In this document: positions 47,482-60,400 of the stretch, piece by piece
How the letters are laid out: each line of letters opens with the position of its first letter
How positions within the stretch are numbered: the stretch's first letter is position 1
Assembly: GCA_964016885.1 (NCBI GenBank)
Contig: OZ024741.1
Coordinates: 400,396,001-400,460,000, forward strand
DNA from: Eledone cirrhosa
Lineage: Eukaryota
Reading direction: 5' to 3'
DNA length: 64,000 bases
Position numbers and translations under genes: made by a program
The notes under the pieces: model-generated
What the model saw: the letters and a program-made list of their open reading frames with translations, nothing else
Databases searched by the model: none
What the model was told of the DNA's origin: nothing

Positions 47482-49980
47482 CATCATCATCATCATCATC
47501 ATCACCGTTTTACGTCCGTTCTTCCACGCTAGCATGGGTTAGACGGGTTGTCCTGTTGTGTGCAGTGTCTGGTCGGCTGACCATGCCTTGCTCATACAGG
47601 AACTGATCTGGCTTGATTTCTACAGCTGGATGCCCTTCCTAACACCAACCTCATTTACAGTGAGTGCTGGGTGCTTTTTCGTGGCGCCTACACGTCCACT
47701 TTACAGTGTGGGCTGGGTGCTTTTTTGCCGTGGCACCTCCACGACCACCTTGCGGTGGGGGGTGTGGGGGCATATTGTTTATATGCTTCAGCATGTACCC
47801 ATGGGAGGTCGGGTACTCTGTATTACTGCGTGATGCCAGAAGTCACGGTCATGTGTCATTGTCTTTGAGAGGTGTAATTGGGTAAGGTCGGCTTTTATCA
47901 CCTCATCCCAGGTCATCTTGGGTCTCCCCACTCCGCGGTTTCCATCAACTTCTAGTGCTCTGCACCTTTTTATGCAGCTGTCATCCTTCATACGCATCAC
48001 ATGTCCATACCAGCGCAACCGCCTCTCCTGCACACAGCATTTGATTCCTCTTATGCTCAGTCTCTCTCTCAATTCATTTATGCTTTGTCGTTCACGTATA
48101 TTACTGTTACACATCCATCGGAGCATGCAGGCTTCGTTTCTCTCTAATCTACGTAAGTCTTCCACCTTCAGCGCCCAGGTCTCACTACCATGCAACATCG
48201 CTGTTCGGATACACGCATCATACAGTCTGCCTTTCATTCTGAGGGAGAAGCCTTTTGCAGCTAGCAGTGGTAGTAGTTCCCTAAACTTCTTCCATCCCGT
48301 TCTTACCCTAGTTATTGTACTTTCTGAACACCCACCTCCGTTGCTAATTTGGTCACCTAGGTAGCAGAAGCTGTCTACTGTTTCTACAAGGCCCTCCCAG
48401 AGATTGGTGGTACTTGTTTCCTGTGGCTGTTTGCTGCTTGCTGTTTCAGCACAGCTGCTGCATGTGAATCCTACATTCTTAATTAAGCTTCCTGAGATCC
48501 CGCTACATCTCTTGTGTACCCATTGTTTGCATTTGGGGCAGAGAATGGTGTTCCTACCTACACCTTTCCTACATACTGAGCAAGGCCATTTCCCTGAGGG
48601 GATCTGGGTTCTGTTTTCTCGTCTACTTACAAGGACCTTAGTCTTTGTCATGTTGACTTTGAGACCCTTTCTCTCTAGTCCCTGCTTCCAGGTTTGGAAT
48701 TTATTCTCTAGTTCTACCATAGATTCAGCTATAAGTGCGAGGTCATCAGCATACAGGAGTTCCCATGGGCATCCGGTCTTAAACTCCTCCGTTATTGCCT
48801 GCAGGACTATGATGAACAGGAGAGGGCTAAGAACAGAGCCCTGGTGGACCCCAACCTGTACGCTAAATTCCTCGCTATACTCATTGCTAATCCTAACTTT
48901 GCTGACTGCTCCCCTATACATGGCTTGTACCGCTTTCACAAGCCATTCATCTACTCCTAGTTTTTTAAGAGCCCACCAGATTACAGCACGTGGAACTCTG
49001 TCAAAGGCTTTCTCAAGGTCGACAAATGCCAAGTAGAGTGGCTTACTTTTAGCTAGGTACTTTTCCTGTAATTGCCTCACAAGAAAGAGGGCATCAGTGG
49101 TGCCTCTTCCTGGTACAAACCCAAATTGCATCTTGTCTATATTCACCCGGTCCCTAATCAGCTGTGCTATAACTCTTTCTGTTACTTTCATGACCTGGTC
49201 CATCAACTTTATACCTCTATAGTTTCCTCTATCTAGTGCATCGCCTTTACCTTTGTAGCAGTTGACAATGATGCTACTGCACCAATCTTTTGGTATGGCC
49301 CCTTCTAGTATTACCTGGTTAACGATACGTGTGGTTATAGTGTGACCTACAGACCCAGATGCCTTCAGCATCTCGGCAGCTATACCCGATGGACCGGTTG
49401 CCTTCCCCATCTTCATATCTTTGATTGCCTTACTTACTACGCTGCTGCTGACTTGTACTGCTGGTCCCTCTATAGGGTCTACTTGGGGTAGGGTCTCTTC
49501 TTCCCATGCATTCTCCTCATTTAGTAATCTATCATAATGACTCTTCCATGCATCTTTCTTCTCAGCACTTGTGAGGGCAAGCTCACCTTTATCATTCCGG
49601 ATACACTTCTCTCCAATGACATCGCAACTATCTCTGACACACTGCCTCGTAATCTTGAATACCTCCTGTTTCTGGTCCTCACGTTGTAAAACATGCTTGA
49701 ATTTTCTATCCCCTGCTTCCCTCCTAGCTAAGTATACTTGTCGCCTAGCTTCCCTCTTGGTTTCTATGTAATGCACCCTGCTCCCCCCGTTCTTCCATTC
49801 TTTCCATGCCTGTCTCTTGGCCTTAACTGCTTCATCTACCTTATTGTTCCACCACCAAGTCACTCTCCTCCTGCTTGAGGTCTTACTCCAGCCACATACC
49901 TCATCCGTCGCCTCTAGTAAATTATTTTTTAGGAACTCCCAGTTCTCTTCTACGTTAAATGTCTCTATCTGTTCTACCAG
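47482..49980 (-). mobile_element. RTE-clade LINE, 5'-truncated, uninterrupted RT ORF (47788..49863) with PHD-like finger
   Basis: NYRGIKL, QFGF, FVDLEKAFD, GVHQGSVLSPLLF, LLYADD, YLG, RRLRWYGHV; 3' UTR and (GAT)n tail. Confidence 0.97.
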
Positions 49981-50095
49981 TGTGAGAAATATTTTACTAA
50001 AGTTCGAAATTAGTACTTTATTCTTTTCTATGTCAAGGTTTACAAATCAGTTTACATTTTATGTGTCTAAGAAATGGAAGAAAAGTGATTACTTA

Positions 50096-51078
50096 AGCAT
50101 TTACATTACTCTATATTTACTATTGTATTTTCATGGTAATTATAATAATAATAATAATAAAAATATTCTGTACAGTGCTAAGGTGCACTACAACTCATCA
50201 AAAAGTGTATGTATAGTACATAGGGTAATGTACAAACGTCAGGAAAATGAACAGTGCATGAGTCATGATATACACATGTGTGCATGTGTATGGAAGGGTA
50301 CATCAGGTGTAGTTTTGGCGAATTTCGGGAAGCATGAGTGTTTTAAATGATGCAGTGTCTCGGCAGCTAACAACTGACGCAGGCAGTTTGTTCCATGCTT
50401 CAGCAACTCTAAGCGTGAAAAAATGTTTCCGAAAGTCATGGGAGCTGTGCTGTTTTCTGATTTTGTAGGCATGTCCACGTGTGTTAGACACATGGAGATC
50501 AAAAAGGTGCTCAGGGTTGTTGTTGGCGAGATGGTTAATAACTTTATGGGTGTTTACCAAGTCCATTGCCAAACATCGGAGCTTCAATGAATCCATGCCC
50601 AGGGAAGCAAGGTGTTCAGAATATGGTAGGTGTCTCATGGAGGGTAAGCGCTTGGTTGCACGTCTCTGAACAGTTTCCAGGAGGTCAATGTTCTGAGCAA
50701 GATAGGGGTTCCAGACTGATGATGCGAATTCCAATAATATCTCACATAACATTTACATTATTCTATATTTCATCATTATCATCATCATTGTTTAAAGTCC
50801 ATCTTCCACCCTAGGATGGGTTAGACAGGATTGTCCCACTTGAGGCAAGATTGGTCGGGTGACCGTGTCTCGCTCATATAGAACTGTATTTACTATTGTA
50901 TTTTCACAGTAAATGCTTTACCTCACATAATTATCTCACATAATATCGAATCTATGAGATTTTGATATTATTTATTTTGAGAACAATACCTTAACATCAG
51001 CATGAATGGCTGGTTACAGCCAGTTAGAACAGAAAGAGGTTAAAGAATTCTGGCTGGATATGTTTAAATGCTAAAGGG
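50096..51078. mobile_element. piggyBac-type MITE interrupted by a CR1 LINE and an RTE tail
   Basis: Same internal sequence as 31197-31486; right TIR plus TTAA at 51065-51082. Confidence 0.75.
50140..50735 (-). mobile_element. CR1-type LINE 3' fragment with (ATT)n tail
   Basis: LEFASSVWNPY..IDLLETVQRRATK..TRGH..FFTLRV..WNKLP. Confidence 0.9.
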
Positions 51079-51106
51079 TTAAAAAACAACAAACAAACCA
51101 AACATA

Positions 51107-51262
51107 TAATTGTTTCTACAATAGGCACAAGGCCAGCAATTATCCCAGTGTATTACTGGTACTTTATTTTATCGACCCCCGTAAGGATGAAAGGCAAAGT
51201 TAACCTCGGCGGGATTTGAACTCAGAATGGCAAGGGCCGTAACTCTATGCGTCAAAGCATCA
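51107..51262 (-). mobile_element. SINE family A (5'-truncated)
   Basis: Same consensus. Confidence 0.85.
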
Positions 51263-51732
51263 GCATCTATTTTATAATTTTTCTTGTACTAATAAAGAAA
51301 TTAGCCGGATATTTATATACATTTCCTGTGTTCAAAAATTCAAATGTACTTTATTCACTGTAAATATAAAACAGCAGAAAGGAGGGGGTAGAGAGATTAA
51401 CCTAGATCTTTTTTTTCTTTGCTTCTTTCAAATAGGTGACACAATTATATATGATGTGATATTCACAAAGTGTTTTTACAAGATTATTTTGATGTTCATG
51501 GGAACTTGCTAATGATACAGATAAAATGGAGTCACATTAAATAAAAAAAAAAAACCTTCAAAAATACAGCAGGTTGTTAAAAATTAGAAAGATGAGTACT
51601 TCTAATGATTGTTTTAGATTAACAACTTTAGTAAACTCTCTTTGATGTTTGTATAAATGAGATTGAGAAAGCCAGGTCAATTTACATCTGTAAATATTTC
51701 TCTGAACTTTAGAGGTTACAGGTTTTGTAATT

Positions 51733-52420
51733 CTTCTTCTTCTTCTTTTTTCCTCCTCCTTCCCCCTCCTGCTCCTCCCATTTATTACTGAGAGGGTTGC
51801 AGGGGAAGAGTCTTCAAACACTCCTTTCAGCGGTTCCTGTCAGAAGCAAACATCTCCAACTGATCTGGCTGACCGATCAACCTACCTCATGGATGTTATC
51901 CAACCATCTTGTTCAGGGTCCAACCCTGGGTCTCCTGCTGGCTGGTTTTGTCCATAAAATCTGTCCCCCAGTGATTCTTTCCTGAGATATTCTAACCACA
52001 TGTCCATAGTATCAGAGCTGTGATCTTCCAATTTGGAGAAGTAGTGGCTCTACCTGGAGTGATTCTCTGATCTTCGAGCTATGCACTCTATTGAGTAAAG
52101 TTACTCCAAAGTCCCTTTGGAGGAACCCCATTTCAGCTGCTTGTATCTGTGATCATATTCTTTCAGTCATAACCCAAGATTCATGACCATAGGTAAGGGC
52201 ACAAATACCAAATTAAAAATACTGAGTTTGGCTTTTACACTTGCCTCCCTTCTTCTGATTACTGGATATTGAAACTGACACATTACTGCATTAGCTCCTG
52301 CCATTCTTGTACTTAATTCAGCTTTCTACCTTCCATCACTCGTGAACACGACCCCGAGATACTTCAACTTCTCTACCTGCTTCAGTGGAAGTCCATTCAC
52401 ATGTAGAGCGCACTGCGGAT
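51733..52420 (-). mobile_element. RTE/Expander-like LINE 3' fragment with (GAA)n tail
   Basis: Minus strand LHVNGLPLKQVEKLKYLGVVFTSDG; shorter + copy at 44930-45305. Confidence 0.8.
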
Positions 52421-52599
52421 TTTGTAATTTCTTTTATTTATTTGTTTTATTTTATTTTAAATATCTATTTATTTTATTTATTTATATATTATATTTTAAT
52501 TTCTTGATATTATGAATATTTATAAATATTTCATGAACATTCTAATGTTAGTTAAAGTTAAAGTCTGTTCTAAGTCAAAGGCTCATCAAAGATGTGCAT

Positions 52600-53015
52600 A
52601 TCCCCAGTTTCTTTGCTGCTGAGCAACTGAGAGTATACAACTCCCCCTGGTCAGGACATCAGTCCATCAGAGGGTTAAAGTCGGTTCTAAGCCAAAAGCT
52701 CATCAGGCCGGTGTTTATCGTCAATTTCCTTGGTGTTAAGCGACTGAGAGTGTAAGACTCTCCCTGGACAGGACACCTGTCTATCGCAGGATTAACTCCC
52801 CAGCTACTGCCAAAGCTTATCCCCGCTTTCCTTGGTATTAAGCGACTGAGAGTACAAGACTCTCCCTGGATAGGACACCGGTCTATCACAGGATTAACTC
52901 CCCAGCTACTGCCAAAGCTTATCCCCAGTTTCCTTGGTGTTAAGCGACTGTGAGTACAAGGCTCTCCCTGACAAGACACCAGTCCATCACAAGATTAACT
53001 CCTCAACTACTGTTG
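52600..53015. repeat. ~102-bp tandem repeats inside a SINE body
   Basis: ccttggtgttaagcgactgagagt recurs at about 52728, 52830 and 52932. Confidence 0.85.
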
Positions 53016-53327
53016 GTACTCACTCTCAGCTGAGTGTACTGAAACAATGTGAAATAAAATGTTTTGCACAAGTAACACAAACCAAGAATTGAACAGACGA
53101 CATTCTGATCCTACATCAAGCACCCTAACCATTAGGCCATGTAATGCTATTGTGAGAATTATTGCTGAAGAAAAGTCTACTCAATGAAAGAAAAAGCAAC
53201 ATGACTGGCCGACAGTGACTTTAAATACAAATACTGTAGACAATGTTGTAACCCTTGTATGGATCTCTAGAGTCATGTGAGATGTGATATGATAGTCCCG
53301 TAACTCCCCAAAGAGTCATAGGGGTGC

Positions 53328-53492
53328 CACAGTGGCTTAGTGGTTAGAGCATTGGGCTTGCAATCGAAAGGTTGTGAGTTCAATTCTCAGACCGGGTGAT
53401 GTGTTGTTTCCTTGAGCAAGACACTTTATTTCACGTTGCACCAGTTTACTTAGCTGTAGAAATGAGTTGATAGGACTGGGGTCTCTATCATT
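53328..53492 (+). mobile_element. SINE family B head
   Basis: gtggcttagtggttagagc..gttcaattc..ccttgagcaagacacttt. Confidence 0.85.
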
Positions 53493-53757
53493 AAATCACC
53501 CAAGACACCTCCAACGAGATATACTTTGGAGGAGGCCAGCTAAACCAGCATAGGTGTGAGCTGTCACACACACACACACACACACACATACATAGGTGTG
53601 AGCTGTCACAACAACAACAACAAACACGGAAAACTCCGAACAGATAACTATCTTTGTTTTTTTATTTAATGTAGGGGTCATGACAGCCTGCATAGGTGTG
53701 AGCTGTCCCCCCCCCCCCACACACACAGTGGCATACAGTGTTTCTTGGGCATTTTAA

Positions 53758-53977
53758 CCCTTTAACATTTACATTACTCTATATTTACTATTGTATTTTC
53801 ATGGTAAACACTTTATTTCACATAATTATCTCACATAATATTGAATCTATGAAATTTTGATATTATTTATTTTGAGAACAGAACCTTAACATAAGTATGA
53901 GCAGCTGGTTACAGCCAGTTTATACAGAAAGAGGGAGAGAATTCTGGCCAGATGCAACCAGTTTAAATGCTAAAGGG
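53758..53977. mobile_element. piggyBac-type MITE
   Basis: ttaa|ccctttaacattta ... taaatgctaaaggg|ttca. Confidence 0.8.
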
Positions 53978-54426
53978 TTCAGCCTGGCAGAACTCAGCCC
54001 TCTCTAGGTCTTAATACAGAAAGAAAAAGTGAGAGAAAGAAGGTAAGTTTGAGATATAGAAGGAGAAGAGGAAGAATTGACTCCAGTATTAGACTGGTAC
54101 ATTTTTTTTTTATCAATTTTGAAAGGATGAAAACCGTTGGAAATATTAAATAAAATAACATCACTCCATTTTATAATCTATTATTAATTACCTGAGAATC
54201 CCACTAAAAGGAATATGCAGTAGAGGAAGACCACTTTTTCCGTGGGTAGAGGTGGTGAGAGCAGACCTCAGATCGCTGAAATACACGGAGGAGATGACGA
54301 AGGACCGTGACAAGTGAAGAGATGCTGTGCTGAATAGGAACCGTCCCACCCTTGCAAACAGGGAAAAGCGGACGTAAAATGATGATGATGATGATGATAT
54401 TTGGAGGGGCTGGGCAGCAGTGATCA

Positions 54427-57400
54427 TTAGCCTTACTGAGGTATAATGTGATGTCTATGAGGGTGCTTGGTTGTTCCAGCACCTTAGCCTTGCTATAACT
54501 GGAACTTACCAAGTTATATGGTGATTCTCCAGGTGTGGTGCTTGGTTGCTCCACTGCCTTAGCCTCGCTATTACCTCTGACCTTACCGACATATCTGGTG
54601 ATGCTCCCAGTGAGGATTTTTAGTTGTTCCAGCACTCTGGCTTCACTATGACCTGGTCATCAAGTAATGTTCCAGGTAAGAGTGCTTGGTTGTTTCAACA
54701 CCTTAGTTACGCTATCACCCCTAGCCTTACCAAGGTACCAAGTAATGCTCCAGGTGAGAGTGCTTGGCTGTTCCACCACCTTAGCCATGCTATCACCCCT
54801 AGACTTACCAAGGTACCAAATAATTCTCGAGGTGAGAGTGCTTGGCTGTTCCACCACCTTAGTCATGCTATCACCCCTAGCCTTACCAAGGTACCAAGTA
54901 ATGCTCCAGGGGAGAGTGCTTGGCTGTTCCACCACTTAGCCATGCTATCACCCCTAGCCTTTCTAAGGTACCAAACAATGCTCCAGGTGAGAGTGCTTGG
55001 CTGTTCCACCACCTTAGCCATGCTATCACCCTAGCCTTACCAAGCTACCAAATAATGCTCCAGGTGAGAGTGCTTGGCTGTTCCACCACCTTAGTCTCAC
55101 TATCATCCCTAGCCTTACCAAGGTACCAAGTAATGCTCCAGGTGAGAGGGCTTGGCTGTTCCACCACCTTAGTCTCACTATCACTTCTGGCCCTACCAAT
55201 GTACCAAGTAATGCTCCAGGTGAGAGTGCTTCGCTGTTCCACCATCTTAGCCATGCTATCACCCCTAGCCTTACTAAGGTACCAAGTAATGCTCCAGGGG
55301 AGAGTTCTTGGCTGTTCCACCACCTTAGCCATGCTATCACCCCTAGCCTTACCAAGGTACCAAATAATGCTCCAGGTGAGAGTGCTTGGCTGTTCCACCA
55401 CCTTAGCCATGCTATCACCCCTAGACTTACCAAGGTACCAAATAATGCTCCAGGTGAGAGTGCTTGGTGGTTCCACCACCTTAGTCACGCTATCATCCCT
55501 AGCCTTACCAGGGTACCAAGTAATGCTCCAGGGGAGAGTGCTTGGCTGTTCCACTGACATAGCCATGCTATCACCTCTAGCCTTACCAAGGTACCAAATA
55601 ATACTCCAGGTGAGACTGCTTGGCTGTTCCACCACCTTAGCTATGCTATCAACTCTGGCCTTACCAAGGTACCAAGTAATGCTCCATGTGAGAGTACTTG
55701 GCTGTTCCACCACCTTAGCCATGCTGTCACCCTGGCCTTACCAAGGTATGTTGTGATGCTCTAGGTGAGAGTGCTTGGTTGTTCCACCACCTTAGTCTCA
55801 CTATCATCCCTGGCCTTACCAAGGTACGAAGTAATGCTCCAGGTGAGAGTGCTTGGCTGTTCCACCACCTTAGTCTCACTATCACCTCTGGCCCTACCAA
55901 GGTACCAAGTAATGCTCAGGTGTTAGTGCTTGGCTATTCCACCACCTTAGCCATGCTATCACCCCTAGCCTTACCAAGGTACCAAATAATGCTCCAGGTG
56001 AGAGTGCTTCGCTGTTCCACCACCTTAGCCATGCTATCACCCCTAGACTTACCAAGGTACCAAATAATGCTCCAGGTGAGAGTGCTTGGTGGTTCCACCA
56101 CCTTAGTCACGCTATCATCCCTAGCCTTACCAGGGTACCAAGTAATGCTCCAGGGGAGAGTGCTTGGCTGTTCCACTGACTTAGCCATGCTATCACCTCT
56201 AGCCTTACCAAGGTACCAAATAATACTCCAGGTGAGACTGCTTGGCTGTTCCACCACCTTAGCCATGCTATCACCCCTAGCCTTACCAAGGTACCAAATA
56301 ATGCTCCAGGTGAGAGTGCTTGGCTGTTCCACAACCTTAGCCATGCTATCACCCCTAGCCTTACCAAGGTACCAAATAATGCTCCAGGTGAGAGTGCTTG
56401 GCTGTTCCACCACCTTAGCAATGCTATCACCCCTGGCCTTACCAAGGTACCAAGTAATGCTTCAGTGAGTGTGCTTGGCTGTTCTACCACCTTAGCCATG
56501 CTATCACCCCTAGCCTTACCAAGGTACCAAATAATGCTCCAGGTGAGAGTGCTTGGCTGTTCCACCACCTTAACCATGCTATCACCTCTGGCCTTACCTA
56601 GGTACCAAGTAATGCTCCAGGTGAGAGTGCTTGGCTGTTCCACCAACTTAGCCATGCTATCACCCCTAGCCTTACCAAGGTACCAAGTAATGCTCCAGGG
56701 GAGAGTGCTTGGTTGTTTCAATACCTTAGTTATGCTATCACCCCTAGACTTACCAAGGTACCAAGTAATGCTCCAGGTGAGAGTGCTTCGCTATTCCACC
56801 ACCTTAGCCATACTATCACCCCTAGCCTTACCAAGGTACCAAGTAATGCTCCACGTGAGAGTGCTTGGCTGTTCCACCACCTTAGTCTCACCCTCATCCC
56901 TGGCTTACCAGGGTACCAAGTAATGCTCCAGGTGAGAGTGCTTGGCTGTTCCACCACCCTAGCCATGCTATCACCCCCAGCCTTACCAAGGAACCAAGTA
57001 ATGCTCCAGGTGAGAGTGCTTGGCTGTTCCACCAACTTAGCCATGCTATCACCCCTAGCCTTACCAAGGTACCAAGTAATGCTCCAGGTGAGAGTGCTTG
57101 GTTGTTTCAATACCTTAGTTATGCTATCACCCCTAGCCTTACCAAGGTACCAAATAATGCTCCAGGTGAGAGTGCTTCGCTGTTCCACCACCTTAGCCAT
57201 GCTATCACCCCTAGCCTTACCAAGGTACCAAGTAATGCTTCACGTGAGAGTGCTTGGCTATTCCATCACCTTAGCCATGCTATCACCGCTAACCTTACCA
57301 AGGTACCAAGTAATGCTCCAGGCGAGAGTGCTTGGCTGTTCCACCACCCTAGCCATGCTATCACCCCCAGCCTTACCAAGGTACCAAGTAATGCTCCAGG

Positions 57401-60400
57401 TGAGAGTGCTTGGCTGTTCCACCACTTAGCCATGTTATCACTCCTAGCCTTACAAAGGTACCAAATAATGCTCCAGGTGCAAGTGATTGGCTGTTCCATC
57501 ACCTTAGCCATGCTATCACCCCTAGCCTTTACAAGGTAGCAAATAATGCTCCAGGTGAGAGTGCTTGGCTGTTCCACCACCTTAGCCATGCTATCACTCC
57601 TAGCCTTACCAAGGTACCAAGTAATGCTCCAGGTGACAGTACTTGGCTGTTCCACCACCTTAGTCTCACTATCACCCCTAGCCTTACCAAGGTACCAAGT
57701 AATGCTCCAGGGGAGAGTGCTTGGCTTTTCCACACCTTAGCCATGCTATCACCTCTGGCCTTACCAACGTACCAAGTAATGCTCCAGGTGAGAGTGCTTG
57801 CCTGTTCCACCACCTTAGCCATGCTATCACCCCTAGCCTTACCCAGGTACCAATTAATACTCCAGGTGAGAGTGCTTGGCTGTTCCACCACTTTAGCCAT
57901 GCTATCATCCCTAGACTTACCAAGGTACCAAGTAATGCTCCAGTTGAGAGTGCTTGGCTGTTCCACCACCTTAGCCATGCTATCACCTCTAGCCTTACCA
58001 AGGTACCAAGTAATGCTCCAGGTGAGAGTGCTTGGCTGTTCCACCACCTTAGCCATGCTATCACCCCGAGACTTACCAACGTACCAACTAATGCTCCAGG
58101 TTAGAGTGCTTGGCTGTTCCACCACCTTAGCCATGCTATCACCCCTAGACTTACCAAGGTACCAAATAATGCTCCAGGTGAGAGTGCTTGGTGGTTCCAC
58201 CACCTTAGCCATGCTATCACACCTAGACTTACCAAAGTACCAAATAATGCCCCAGGTGAGAGTGCTTGGCTGTTCCATCACATTAGCCATGCTATCACCC
58301 CTAGCCTTTACAAGGTACCAAGTAATGCTGCAGGTGAGAGTGCTTGGCTGTTCCACCACCTTAGCCATGCTATCACCCCTAGCCTTACCAAGGAACCAAA
58401 TAATGCTCCAGGTGAGAGTGCTTGGCTGTTCCACCACCTTAGCCATGCTATCACCCCTAGCCTTACCAAGGAACCAAATAATACTCCAGGTGAGAGTGCT
58501 TGGCTGTTCCACCACCTTAGCCATGCTATCATCCCTAGACTTACCAAGGTACCAAGTAATGCTCCAGTTGAGAGTGCTTGGCTGTTCCACCACCTTAGCC
58601 ATTCTATCACCACTAGCCTTACCAATGTAACAAGTAATGCTCCAGGGGAGAGTGCTTGGCTGTTCCACCACTTAGCCATGCTATCACCCCTAGCCTTACC
58701 AAGGTACCAAGTAATGCTCCAGGTGAGAGTGCTTGGTTGTTTCAATACCTTAGTTATGCTATCACCCCGAGACTTACCAAGGTACCAAATAATGCTCCAG
58801 GTGAGAGTGCTTCGCTGTTCCACCACTTAGCCATGCTATCATCCCTAGACTTACCAAGGTACCAAGTAATGCTCCAGGTGAGAGTGCTTGGCTGTTCCAC
58901 CACTTAGCCATGCTATCATCCCTAGACTTACCAAGGTAACAAGTAATGCTCCAGGGGAGAGTGCTTGGCTGTTCCACCACTTAGCCATGCTATCACCCCT
59001 AGCCTTACCAAGGTACCAAGTAATGCTCCAGGTGAGAGTGCTTGGCTGTTCCACCACCTTAGCCATGCTATCACCCCGAGACTTACCAAGGTACCAATTA
59101 ATGCTCCAGGTGAGAGTGCTTGGCTGTTCCACCACCTTAGCCATGCTATCACCCCTAGCCTTACCAAAGTAGCAAATAATGCTCCAGGTGAGAATGCTTG
59201 GCTGTTCCACTACCTCAGCCATGCTATCACCCCTAGCCTTACCAAGGTACCAAGTAATGCTTCACGTGAGAGGGCTTGGCTGTTCCACCACCTCAGTCTC
59301 ACTATCACTTCTGGCCCTATCAAGGTACCAAGTAATGCTCCAGGTGAGAGTGCTTGGCTGTTCCACCACCTTAGCCATGCTATCACCCCTAGCCTTACCA
59401 AGGTACCAAGTAATGCTCCAGGTGAGAGTGCTTCGCTATTCCACCACCTTAGCCATGCTATCACCCCTGGCCTTACCAAAGTAGCAAATAATGCTGCAGG
59501 TGAGAGTGCTTGGCTGTTCCACCATCTTAGCCATGCTATCAACCCTAGCCTTACCAAGGTACCAAGTAATGCTCCAGGTGAGAGTGCTTGGCTGTTCCAC
59601 CACCTTAGCCATGCTACGCACCTAGCCTTACCAAGGTACCAAGTAATGCTCCAGGTGAGAGGGCTTGGCTGTTCCACCACCTTAGCCATGCTATCACCCC
59701 TAGCCTTACCACGGTACCAAATAATGCTCCAGGTGAGAGTGCTTGGCTGTTCCACCACTTAGCCATGCTATCACTCCTAGCCTTACAAAGGTACCAAATA
59801 ATGCTCCAGGTGCAAGTGCTTGGCTGTTCCACCACCTTAGCCATGCTATCACCCCTAGCCTTACCAAGGTACCAAATAATGCTCCAGGTGAGAGTGCTTG
59901 GCTGTTCCATCACCTTAGCCATGCTATCACCGCTAACCTTACCAAGGTACCAAGTAATGCTCCAGGTGAGAGTGCTTGGCTGTTCCACCACCTTAGTCAT
60001 GCTATCACTCCTGGCCTTACCAAGGTACCAAGTAATACTCCAGGTGAGAGTGCTTGGCTGTTCCACCACCTTAGCCATGCTATCACTTCTGGCCTTACCA
60101 AGGTATGTTGTGATGCTCTAGGTGAGAGTGCTTGGTTGTTCAACTGTCTTAGTCACGCTTTCACTCCTGGCCTTACCAAGGTATGTGGTGATGCTCCAGT
60201 TGAGAGTGCTTGGCTGTTCCACCACCTTAGTCTCACTATCATCCCTGGCCTTACAAAAGGTACCAAGTAATGCTCCAGGTGAGAGTGCTTGGCTGTTCCA
60301 CCACCTTAGTCTCACTATCATCCCTGGCCTTACCAAGGAACCAAATAATGCTCCAGGTGAGAGTGCTTGGCTATTCCATCACCTTAGCCATGCTATCACC

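Noticed and set aside
53328-53400. tRNA gene
   Set aside because: A/B boxes belong to a multicopy SINE head; no complete cloverleaf or acceptor stem.
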